A DNA stretch of 64,000 bases from Balanoglossus misakiensis (Eukaryota > Animalia > Hemichordata), in contig CM082578.2 in assembly GCA_040954595.2 (NCBI GenBank), forward strand, positions 18,474,452 to 18,538,451, written 5' to 3'. Under the pieces are notes generated by a model, which did not search any database, had not been told where the DNA came from, and worked only from the letters and a program-made list of their open reading frames with translations. Below, piece by piece: positions 1 through 18,776 of this stretch (position 1 is its first letter; every line of letters starts with the position of its first letter). The position numbers and the translations under genes are program-made.

Positions 1-150
1 TATGACAACTGTTGTACTCACTTAGACCCCCAGGATTTTATTCCATGGTTAAACCCCTGAATAACAGCTAAGCATTGATGCCCTAGTTTTTGCAACTTGA
101 ATGTAGGCAATGTCTTTTGTAGCAGCCTAATACAGTACTAGTAAACACTT

Positions 151-580
151 GGGCGTGAATAAGCAGCAAGTTGAATTTTTGTGAACAAAATTAAGTGAGC
201 AAAATTGTGCAAATTAAGCATTTTGCTAACCAAATCAGATAAGCAATCCAGGTTGTAAACAGTGAGCAAAATTTCTCTTGAAACAGATTAAAGGTTGACC
301 AGTTCAAATTTGAGTTTTTTCACATAAAATACATGATCTTGAGTAGTTTATTTTACATTTTCTTTTTCATTACAACGACACATGTATTTCCAGGTTACAC
401 AAAAACACCCAATATTAAGGCCCTCTTCTGTTTCATTAGTTAATTTTGCTCGCCATGTCTAATAAGCATTTCTTATCTGTTTTGGTTAGCAACATTTTAC
501 TTACTTGCACATTTCTGATCACCAAATTTAGCTCAACATAATTTAGCTAACTGAATTTTGCTCAACATTTACCTACCCTC
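151..580. mobile_element. Degenerate foldback/MITE-like element with long imperfect TIRs and a 9-bp target-site duplication (Mutator/Foldback-like)
   Basis: TAAACACTT occurs directly at 142-150 and 581-589. The arms are inverted, e.g. ttgctaaccaaatcagataag (~223-243) vs cttatctgttttggttagcaa (~472-492), with repeated tgagcaaaatt/aattttgctc. Termini are G...C. Confidence 0.55.
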
Positions 581-607
581 TAAACACTTAAATCACTGGT
601 ATTCTGC

Positions 608-3600
608 TCAATACTTATACTTGTAAATTGAATTAGGGTAAAGTTGCTTACCCCTCTTCACTCTTTCAGTAAATAGTTCAGGAACAACACCGTTCACAAA
701 GAAATCCTGAACTTTACTACACATAACTGAATAGAAAGCAGAATCAAAGTTAACTCGTTCAACATGTATTTGATAACCATCATCACCTAGATCATCATCT
801 ATTAATACTACCACACAAAAGTCACACCATGTACGCTTGGTTATACCCATAGCAGCTTGAATTTGATAGTAATATTCATGCTTCTGATTCATACTAAGTA
901 GCGATTTATCAATATCATGAACCAGGTAAAATGACTTCCCCCTATTCCTAGCTAAGTGTGAAAGAGATAGACTGTTATTAACTGGACATTTGATCTCTAG
1001 CAGCCCATCTATGTCAGTGACATGAGGGTCCAATACCAAGCCGTCAGGGCTGCATCCTTGATGTGGCAGACATTCATCAATTACAAATCCACACTCAGAT
1101 ACTTTGAGATCTGGTTTGCCGTTATTATGCATATACCGGAGGTAGAGGTTTCGTGCCTTGGCTTCCATCTGCAAACCGTGATTACATGCTGCGTTAGAGA
1201 ACGTATGGTACTGCATCACATCACGAATGGTGTTGTCCGGGGGAGTATTTACTCGCATTTTACAAACCTTTCCAAATTTTGAAGATGTTATTCTACCAAC
1301 TCTATAACCAAACCATTCCCTATTTTCACTCTGCCCTCTAGTGGCCATCTCTACAGATTCTACCTCACTCTTTGACATTGACATACTATTCTTAAATTCA
1401 CTAAATTTCTTAATATATTTCTCTTGGGTTAAATCTTCACTATCAAGTATACTCTCATCTCTTTTAGGAATTAACAGTTTTTTATTGCGTTCACTCGTAC
1501 TGTTATTTGATTCAGTTAATATATTTCGTGCATTTGTTATCGTTGGTTTACTTTCAGCTGTAGTACTCACTTCTACCTGCATGGCAAGGCTCAGATCTTC
1601 AGACAAATTTACACTAAATGAAAGGTCTACTGGATGACAGTTATTTGGTGTTGAAGGAACTTCTTCAATATTTTCAGGACGTAACCTACTTAAAGCAAAT
1701 GAATTCCTGGCAGGTACTTTTACTGGGTTATTCAGTAACTGTTCACGTAGTATCAGTAGCCTGTTGTAATCTACATTTCGCTGCAATGGAGATCTAGCAT
1801 CATGAATGCCAGCATGTACTGTCTTAGTTGTCTTCGGTTTTCCATGATCTGGTTTGTAGACTGCTACTTCATCCATTGGCTGTGAATGTACACGCGAGCC
1901 TGGAAATAGATTGTTTAATGTTAGTGAAAATCACCTTTATATTTAATAAAGATAAACACATTAAATATTTTACTTCTGAACTATTTTCTGTAATGATATA
2001 TCATATGGACATTAGTATGTACTCATTGGCAGGATGTTATACACTTTGCTCATGGTATACACTTTGCCCAGGATAGATGGTATACACTTTGCCCAGAATA
2101 GATGGTATACAGTGTCACTTTGCCCATGATAGATGGTATACACTTAGCCCAGGATAGATGGTATACACTTTGCCCAGGATAGATGGTATACACTTTGCCC
2201 ATGATAGATGGTATACACTTTGCCAAGGATAGATGGTATACACTTTGCCCAGAATAGATGGTATACAGTGTCACTTTGCCCATGATAGATGGTATACACT
2301 TAGCCCAGGATAGATGGTATACACTTTGCCCAGGATAGATTGCCCAGGATAGATGGTATACACTTTGCCCAGAATAGATGGTATACACTTTGCTCAAGAT
2401 AGATGTTATACACTTTGCCCAGGATAGATGGTATACACTTTGCCCATGATAGATTGCCCAGGATAGATGGTATACACTTTGCCCAGAATAGATGGTATAC
2501 ACTTTGCTCAAGATAGATGTTATATACTTTGCACAGGGATAGATGGTATACACTTCCCGCAATGTATACAGTAGATACTAGTATATAGTTTACATTATAG
2601 CCAGCATAGATGGCATACACTTTGCTCAAGATAGATGTTATACACTTTGCACAGGGATAGATGGTATACACTTCCCGCAATGTATACAGTAGATACTAGT
2701 ATATAGTTTACATTATAGCCAGCATAGATGGCATACACTTTGCCCAGGAAGAATGTTTATAACTTCCATACATATTTATTACGAAAATAGTTAATTTAAT
2801 TTTAAGCCAAAAAAATAAGATACTTACTTTTATGCGATATCCACTTGCATAAAATTTCTGTGCATCTTGGACCATCTTTCAAATTTTTGTGTCCCATGGC
2901 AACAAAATCCTCAACAGCAAACAATAAAGCACCTACATGACTACATGCTTGTCCCAAACTATCAGAGAACAAAAAAAAAACATAATTATGTGTCAATAAT
3001 CTAATAGGTACAGTGATCTTAGTTCTTATATAAATACAGATCTAAATTAGGTTCTACCTTTTTTATGTGCATATAAAACCGGAGAAGCTGGTGGGAACAA
3101 TATATAGATATTTATATATACTTGGACTTGGAAAATACGGATATTAGATACTAACCCCGCTACACACCGACATGATGCCCCATATGGCTGCCCACGACGA
3201 TCCATACATACGGTGACGGTGTATATTTTCTTGGTATCCTGTGATGCATTGCATTTGGCACGTATAAAACAGAACGAGGAGGAAGGCCTGTATGCATTGT
3301 ACTCGATACAGTGAACATTTCCAGCATCATACAGTCTAAATGATCGGAGAGCCTTGTACGCACGCAAAGAATCCCGGTCAAATGTGTTATCGTTACTCTC
3401 TATCAAATACCGTTTGATATGTTCGTGATCCACCGGAGGAATCGGTCGTATATCTGAGGACCATCCAGTTGATATTTTGTCAAAGTTTGGCAAGGAATCA
3501 TACTCTGTTTTCAGCGCAGGGTTGTCAAACAGAGTGCGGCCAGCTGGCAGACGACGCTTCTTAAGATCACCGTGACGGTCACTTGCACCGCAAGTTGAGA

Positions 3601-3772
3601 CATCAAAATGGTCACACAAACGAAATATTAAATCAGCTTTACGCCCACTGGTATCTATGTGCTCCACTTGACATAACTGGCGAAGTTTTTGGTAACTCAA
3701 AGCTTTCAACTCTTTGTAAGTACCCGGAACACACCGAGTAACCAGGGAAGCCGCGTCCGTGGAGTCCGCCAT
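608..3772 (-). CDS. 3-exon SAP domain + SWIM zinc finger + YqaJ/lambda-exonuclease (PD-(D/E)XK) protein, ~679 aa; accessory ORF typical of ISL2EU-like (PIF/Harbinger-related) DNA transposons
   Basis: Exons 3772-3156, 2958-2828 and 1899-608 join in frame through GT-AG introns (2040 nt). N-terminal SAP-like LKALSYQKLRQLCQVEHIDTSGRKADLIFRL. SWIM motif SCRCVAG|LGQACSHVGALLF spans intron 1. YqaJ motifs: TRGQSENREW...RITSSKF, CSPDGLV, LLEIKCP, YYYQIQ...WCDF. Confidence 0.85.
2040..2750. repeat. 25-bp minisatellite (aggatagatggtatacactttgccc) with variants and a ~120-bp terminal duplication, inside intron 2 of the YqaJ gene
   Basis: The unit recurs at 2151, 2176, etc. gcacagggatagatgg...ccagcatagatggcatacac is duplicated at ~2531 and ~2649. 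Confidence 0.9.
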
Positions 3773-3779
3773 GAAAACA

Positions 3780-3840
3780 ACCGGAAGTAAAGTATATCCC
3801 TGAGGTTAAGATGATGTCATAATTACAATGCATTGTGGGA
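3780..3840 (-). promoter_or_regulatory. Putative promoter of the YqaJ gene, with ETS-like ACCGGAAGT and ZNF143/Staf-like TCCCACAATGCA motifs
   Basis: accggaagt at 3780-3788 and tgcattgtggga at 3829-3840 lie immediately upstream of the ATG at 3772. Confidence 0.4.
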
Positions 3841-4101
3841 TAACCGGGAAAAGGACTATTTAGTTTATGTACAGTACATATGCTATTGGCAGCTTATGGG
3901 TCAGTCAGTGTTTGCCCATTGATCTCTCGCTATGTGTGTGTGTGTGTCTGTCTGTCTGTCTGTATATGGCCATGTACTCCGGTGTAGACTTTTCTTGTGT
4001 AATCCCTCAATGGGACAACTGTGTCCTTGACGCGATTTTTTTATATTGTCTGATATGTAAATTGTTGTGAATTGGATGATGTCTGCTTTAACCCAATACA
4101 G

Positions 4102-11517
<7,416 letters not shown>

Positions 11518-12170
11518 CCTGGAGTATTCGTCAGTCTTGTAAATTAATTCAAAAAAGCAAGCAATGTGCAACATTTTTTTTGACAGACTGTGCAACTGAA
11601 ATACCTGTTTCCCCTTTTTGCAAGATTTTGCACCATGGCCATCTATTTTGATGTTTCATCGCCTATATATCGGACACTTAATATAAGTGCACTACATTGT
11701 GTATTCGCATGTCACTGTAGTGTCATTGTAAATGAAGGGGGCTATTGATAAAAAGAGAGATAACCTATCATTTAGCACGCAAAAGCCAAGGCAGGAACAG
11801 TTGCATGTACCGGTCTTATTTTTGACAAAATAGAAGTTTGTTACAGTTAATAATCCTTGCGGAAAGAGGGCTAGTAACCGATTAATTACTCAAATTGACA
11901 CCATGCAGATGAAGCCTGAAAAAGAGCTCTTTTCAAGAATACATTTGCCCAGGGGTTGTTGTTTTTTTGTTGTTGCCAAAACTGACTTGTGTTACGTTGT
12001 TAGATTTAAGTGAATTTTCTCGGTTGCACAGTGATGCACAGTTTATACAATGTGAATTTTTGCAAAAACATTTCTTTCCCAGCTGATATAAGAACAATTT
12101 AATGTATTGATTTTACTTTCTTAGTGACTTTTCTTTAGTCTTTGTATGTTTGTGAATAGAAGTATAGTAT

Positions 12171-12581
12171 ACACATGATGACTGACAATGAGGGCAACAG
12201 TGTATTTTGATGACCGAGGGTGCTGCTAGTCACAACTAAAACAGTCTTGTTTTGCCCGAGGGAAAACAGACTGTTTTGGTGTGACTGGCAGTCCCGAGGT
12301 CATTAAAAATACACTGTTGCCCGAATATGTCAGTCATCATGTGTTTTATAACACACCAAACCGATCGAACTGATGCCCTAGGCAACAGTTCGAAATGACT
12401 AAGGTCACGTGACGTCGTATTGACGAATCACGATCGAGGGTTCGCTGCATGGTGTGTTATAATATGTGATGGTGACTAGTGACGCTACCAAGTGTTGTTA
12501 TTACCGTAGTTGCTCGGGTAAGAGCCCAGGGTTCTGCTCCCCCAAATTTAGACCGGATATAACCTCGAGCAACTACGGTAA
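12171..12581. repeat. Cluster of three consecutive palindromic (hairpin) elements in the UBA1 3' region, probably non-autonomous palindromic transposon remnants
   Basis: 12171-12344 (acacatgatgactgaca...tgtcagtcatcatgtgt), 12346-12462 (ttataacacacca...tggtgtgttataa) and 12501-12581 (ttaccgtagttgctcg...cgagcaactacggtaa). Confidence 0.75.
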
Positions 12582-12957
12582 AAGCAATCTCCGTAGTATT
12601 TTGTACCTGTGGTATCAGTGTGTCTGGGTTGTAAGGTCATTCATATCTATGCATTTGCAGGCAATGTTTGTATTTCCTTGCCCCCCCCCCCCCCCCCCCA
12701 TACACACACACTCTCATAGACTGGGACCTGTCAACTGGCAACAGTGGTGGCTGTGTGAATGTTTTTTGTGACATTGTGTCACTTTGGGTTCAGCCGTGAT
12801 TTCTCCATTTGAAAATGCTGTATGGGTGTTGAACAAAAGATGTTCACCTCTGTGAATGTTACATACATGTACCATGCGGTCATTCGATTGCTGGTTGATT
12901 GCTTTCAGACGTGTTCTTATGGAATTATGGCTTCCATAAGTGTTGTTACAGGAATCC

Positions 12958-12963
12958 AATAAA
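12958..12963 (+). terminator. Candidate UBA1 polyadenylation signal AATAAA
   Basis: AATAAA lies ~1.4 kb after the stop, followed by GT-rich sequence. Confidence 0.4.
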
Positions 12964-14076
12964 TCTATGTTAATTGTTATACCAATGAACCACTGCAGTC
13001 TCTTTGTGAGTTTGCGTGTATGAGCATGTGTGTTGGTGGACAGAAAGTTTTTGCATTTATATATGCAAAGTCGTGTCTATGTACATGTTCATGTACGTGT
13101 ACTTCAAATCGGTGTTCTCTCTAATGAGTCGGGACTGACACCAGTTTCAACGTTCAGATGTGCTTTTGGTTCAGAGAGAAGTGTTGAGATCAGCCTGCAC
13201 CAAACTCAAGGTGAAAGTTAGGCCTGGGCTTTTATGCTTCACGTTTTGTACATTTGCTGGTGAAATATTGGCAAAGCCCTTTAAAGTTCTGACAAGCAAA
13301 GGTATTGGTTTCAAAACTTTTAGTACTTTCAGACACTTGAGGTTGATAGTGCTGAAATGAAAGGAATACAGCCAGGAGTTGGCCTGTAAACTTGGATGCA
13401 CCACACAGTATCAGTTGAAAGTTTTGTGTTTTAATATCAACAAAAGAATGCAATCAGTTTGCAAATCCCTGGCAATAAAGTGCATGGATCTACCTACATG
13501 TCACTGTCATTTCCCATGATTCAAATTACAGTAAACGCCATATTGGAAATTCTGCCAACTTTCCCTCAACTTTGTAAAAAATCGCGCGACTTATACATGG
13601 CGAACATGTTTTTTTCTGAAAGAGTGACCTCAAAGCTACCAAATTATGTAGAAATCAGCTACGGCGGATTTCCCCTTTAAATAATTCACATTAGTAAATG
13701 GCATACATATCTAAAATACACATTGATTCAGATGCACTTGTACATAGTCTCAGACAACTTCGGAAACAGACTAGCGATGCTTGTATCAATCATGTGAATG
13801 TGGTTGTAAACCCCTTTGGGCAGACCAGCCACAAACGTGACTTGACTATCTGATGTATGCCAAGGTGCAATATGCTTATTTCTTTTTTGATGTTCACTCT
13901 TCTCTTTGACCCTAAGTTGACAAACTCAATTTTGAAGAAAACCTCACCCAGCTTTTCAAGAGGTATAAATGACTGGGAACATTTGGTCAAACTATGTACA
14001 GTGCACCTTATTAGACGGTTGTGATATATAACCTAAAATCCGCTTAAATATTTCACTTCTTGACAGTCATGTACTT

Positions 14077-17000
14077 CTACATGGACGCAAGCGGTTGACG
14101 TATCTCCACAGCCGTTTCTTCTTCCAGCATGTTGATGAACATTCTGATATTGTCGTCCAACCACTCTCTGTGCAGCAAGTTCTCCACCCAGGACTTTGGA
14201 AGCTTCTTGTATCCAAGTTTGCAGCCAAGCAGTGCCCCGGCCACAGCCCCATTGGTGTCTGCATCACCACCCTGTTGTGATTACATGTAAATATTACAGT
14301 TATGAGAGACTGTTTTACAAAATTCCTGTTTTCAGAGTCATTTGTGGAGAATATCATTTTTTTTTTTTACATTTTGCATCATAAGTTGATTCCATGCGAA
14401 AAGTAGTTTAGGCTAATGTCATTTTAATACAATGGTACAATGACATAATTTATGATACAAACTACACATTCTGTCATTGAAGTACATGTACATTTTTACT
14501 GACAAGTGGAGAGAGCTAAGGTACAGAACAAAATGTCGAATGACTGTGGTGACTCTTTGTAGTTCCCACTTTTGAGGATAACGACACAACCCTTTGACAA
14601 TACCACTGTAAAAAAGCTGTAACAAACCTCTTTGACAATGGCTGTCAGTGCTTTCCTGAAATCATCCTGTCTCAGTGCCCAGAACCCTGCGCCCAGACAC
14701 TTGTACGTGTAACCAATGGTACCCGGATCATCAAGTTTGAGCTCAGACAATTTCTGTACATTCATATATTCATGCAGTATGTTTTTCTACAAAAGGAAAA
14801 GAATATTTCAATATCAGCAATTTCGCAGCAAAGTGGTTGAAAGTAAAGTTTCTGGTAAAACCATACATGAATACTCTTTTGCCACATTTTACTAGATAAG
14901 GTTCCTTCTTGTAAAGGACAGTTACCAAATTTTGTTATATTTGGGTGCATTTTATCCTTGGTTACAGCAACTCGCATTGTTCTGTCTTAAATGAAGGTTG
15001 CTACCTGGGGCGAGTTGGGCTTGGGCTATGATTGGCTTGGGTCAAATCAGATTTTGGGTGGCCATGTTGGTTTTGGGCCAAGCTGACCAGGCACCACATA
15101 CATGTGCGTACCCTCATTCCATTGACATCATCTGGAATATATTCCTTTGCCAAGTGATATACATCTTCTGTGATACCTTCATGGATTATCTTGCCATTTA
15201 AACTTCGGTGATGTTTACCGTGAATCATCATCGCTATGGCTGTTGACACGGCAACACACGACGCTATGCACCTTGTGATAAAAATGACAATAAACTTCAG
15301 CTGATATATTCAAATCAATAGCTCTATAATAAGATCAGTCTCCACATTTCATGAAGTTATTCATCTTTTATTCAGCACATCTTTGGAGGCAGGTGTGAGA
15401 ATGAAGTCTGGAATATATATTTGAGTATTTTACTGCCAAATGTCGACCAAATTGTCTTTAAAAAATTGTGATATGAGTTTTACTGTTTCTCTACCTTACT
15501 TTCTATTTCTTAATTGAAGCCGCCCTTCTCAGGTGTGTTTCCCTTTCAGTGGGACAGTGTGCAATGTACGAATGGTTTGGGTATGATAAATCCAAATTGC
15601 AGTAACTCTGCTGCAGATGTTTCAGTTTGTTGGAGGTCACGTTTATTTTATCATCTTGACATAAAAGAAACTCCAAGCTATTTTGAAATTGGCTGTAATC
15701 AACCTAAAAGACAGTGGAATTATTTTACCCCCTGTCACTGTATGTGGTCACAACACTAAAGCACCTAAGACTGCAACTTGCTATGCACTAGCATGAAAAT
15801 ATAGTTAGTGTATCATTATGCACGTCATGAAATTGATACTGAATTGTCGGTTGATTGTTACCAATCAAAGGGTGTGTGGAGAGAAACTAAAAGGTGTCAA
15901 TGTACTTTCACACACTGTCAACCGGGTCACCTACGACCCTGCAGTTGGCGAATACCACAGACAGAGACACAGCTTGCAATATGATGATGTCAAACACTCA
16001 GTGGGCATAGTAACTAAGAAATAAATAAAGACAGTGTCAGTTTGCGACTCACCTTGGGTCTGCGTGAGTAGTGGTGCATACATCAATGGTGTTGTCAATC
16101 ACTTGGTGGATGTCAGAGAACCGATGAATGCCGAGAATAGACGTTCTCATGACGGCACCGTTGGGAGCGTTCTGTCCTTTGCTTCCTGTCCACACATCCT
16201 GGGCTGCCTGTCGAATCAGACAGAAAATCGCCACCATCAACACCTGCGTTCCTCTTATCCGCTGTCACCTACACACAAATGACGCTGGCTGGGCAATCTG
16301 ACACATATGCCAACAATTTGCAATGCAAAACACATGAACTGCTCTGAACTCTACTGAATTATGAGCAATGTGGCAAATGCTCTACACGATCAGGCAACAC
16401 CTTTAAAGTCTGATCGCTAGGCTGGCTAAATAACTGTAAAAGGTGTATTAAGCATGCGAGAGACTACTCAAGCCTTAAAATGGCATTTGATTCTCCGCCA
16501 CATTCAAAATAACTGCTTGGGTGACAAAAGTTCAGGATTGCTGTTGCACCTATTGTACATGGGAAAGATGCTAAATAAAGGTGCAGTGTTAGAATTTGAA
16601 ATGCATTTTCCTAATCAAAATAACAATCAATTGATAACGCAATAAATTTAAAGCTTCACCGCAGCAGTGAAGTTCTGCTTTTCAAAAAGCTTTTCAAGGT
16701 TTCCTGGTGGCTTTATAAAAAAATGTGTTTCGCAGTATTCAGTGAAAAATAAAACATCGTTCAAAGTTTTGAGAAAATCATGATTCAATTTCAGGCGATA
16801 CTGGTAGTGTAAGGGCAGAGATAAAAATTGGCTTTCAGGAGAACTTGATCACTTGTTCACTTTTTTCAGTAGAATGGATAAACCTGTATGCATGGCTGTA
16901 ACCACCACTTATTATACAAGGTAGGCAAACCACACAAATTAAACATGTACCTTTTGTGGGTCATCTGTAAAATGTTTGTGTTTTAACACTTTATTCGTAT

Positions 17001-17679
17001 TTGATCCAATACCCAGTCCGCATTTATCACCAAGTTCAGGAAATCCATGCTTGGCCCAGTCAAGTAGTTTGTTGGCAAAGTCAAGGACATCAACCTGTCA
17101 ATAAAACAGATGAGACTTGAATCAAGTTCCAATAACATGGTATAGTGAATGTCTAATCTAGAAATCTGTCAATACCGAACACCTTTTCCCTTTGACATAG
17201 AACCACATGCTAAAAGAACCTCTATATATGCCCATAAGCAATTGGGGGAAGGGGGGTGTAAGTGGGTGTGATTTCCGTAATGGGTGACAAGATTATCCCT
17301 GTGCAAAACTCCACCGGAGAATTTTAATTGCACAAACCTTTCCTTTCCTGTCTACCAAGGATCTCATGATCAATATCATTTGATCACTGTCATCTGTCCA
17401 ATCACCTGTCTTCCAGCGTCTTTGATGAGGAATTGACTGCACCCTCTCCTTCATTTGATATTCTAAGTTTTCTTCAGAAAACCACTGCATTAGACAATGA
17501 AAAGATGGTTGGTATACCCCTCCCTGAATGTATGACATCATTCGCTCTGCATACCGTATCTTTACATTGCTCAAGCAACACTTCAAGTGGAAAACTACCA
17601 CAGCTATTTGTCTCAACCCACAATTAAATTTCCATTCACACTTGAATTTGAAAAAGTATACAATGTATGTATGTATGTA

Positions 17680-17712
<33 letters not shown>

Positions 17713-18180
17713 GTGTATTGTATGTATGTATTGTATTGTATGTATGTATGTGTGTGTGTGTGTTGGGATACACGTATGCATGGATGCACAGGCGTTGGAA
17801 TCGCACTGCCGGGGTCATGGGGGTGGCCTGATCAAACCCTTAATATTTACAGATTGAATCTGACCACACCCTGGCAGTGTGATTCCGACGCCTATGAATT
17901 GATGGATGGTGTTTTGGGCCAAAGTCACGGTTTCGAAATCATGCGGCTTGCCAATTAAATACGTTATGATTTGGTATTAACTGACCATGTTTCCTTCTTC
18001 CTTGCTCATAAATTCAGTAAGTAGTCCAATAGCATCGCCGATGCAATGGCCATAAATGGTACCGAGAAGGCGGTCCATCCGTTCGTCATTCAAGTCACTC
18101 GAACTGGAGTTGGTGGGATTGTTCGTTTGAACATACCAAACTGTTTCTCCTCTTGGCCTTGGCTGAGATCGGGTGGCCAT
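14077..18180 (-). CDS. ADP-ribosylglycohydrolase (ARH/DraG family, PF03747-like), paralogue A, ~384 aa
   Basis: Exons 18180-17986, 17484-17338, 17094-16951, 16207-16053, 15271-15112, 14786-14628 and 14271-14077 (1155 nt, in frame). Motifs: GHCIGDAIG, GDWTDDSDQ, APNGAVMR, THADPRC, GGDADTNGAVAGALLG. Confidence 0.92.
17662..17762. repeat. (TATG)n/(TG)n microsatellite in ARH-A intron 1
   Basis: Seen directly in the sequence. Confidence 0.9.
17787..17896. mobile_element. Small MITE-like inverted repeat (~28-bp arms) in ARH-A intron 1
   Basis: cacaggcgttggaatcgcactgccgggg vs ccctggcagtgtgattccgacgcctatg (reverse complement cataggcgtcggaatcacactgccaggg). No clear TSD. Confidence 0.55.
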
Positions 18181-18776
18181 GATTAATCAGAACCACCAGT
18201 CAGTAGGGAAACTTTATTTCGCTGTTATATACTTCCTGGTACACTACACTACACTACACTACACTACACTACACTACAGTGTATGGTCATGATCCGCTTC
18301 TGTTCTTATTCCAGGGAAAGCACTTTGCCCACCGGGAGTTTGATGAAACTCCAAGATTTCGTTAATTTCCGCCAAATGCCGATTTTTTTCCGGGCATAAG
18401 CCTAGCAACAAAACATTGCCCTTGTAACCGCAGTCACCAGACCAGCATATCATGAAAAATGATAGGGGGCGCGCTTTGTCATGGTGACGAAGTCCCAGAA
18501 GCGAAAGACATTTATTCATTCCAGTTTAACTACGGCCTGGGGGAATTTTTTTCACCCGGGCTCATAATTTAGCAGGTGGTGATTTCGGGGAACTATGAAC
18601 AAAGACCTAAAATACTATTGCATACTTTTGTTTTCGTTATTCGCACCACTTAACTTTGAACTTTGACCCAGATATGCAAACCGGAAGAAATTCTTATCGC
18701 ATGCTTGTGCTTTCTCTGGAAGTTGATCGGCTTTCCGAAGCTGACTTACGTTGCAAAAGCCATCAGTGATTTGACA
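18181..18776. promoter_or_regulatory. Probable bidirectional promoter between head-to-head ARH-A and DNAJC2, including an (ACACT)n tract at ~18241-18277
   Basis: The divergent ATGs are ~600 bp apart. The region is CpG-enriched and has ETS-like ACTTCCTG/ACCGGAAG motifs. Confidence 0.6.

Noticed and set aside
2050-2680. 170-aa and 126-aa repetitive ORFs
   Set aside because: They are translations of the intronic 25-bp minisatellite.
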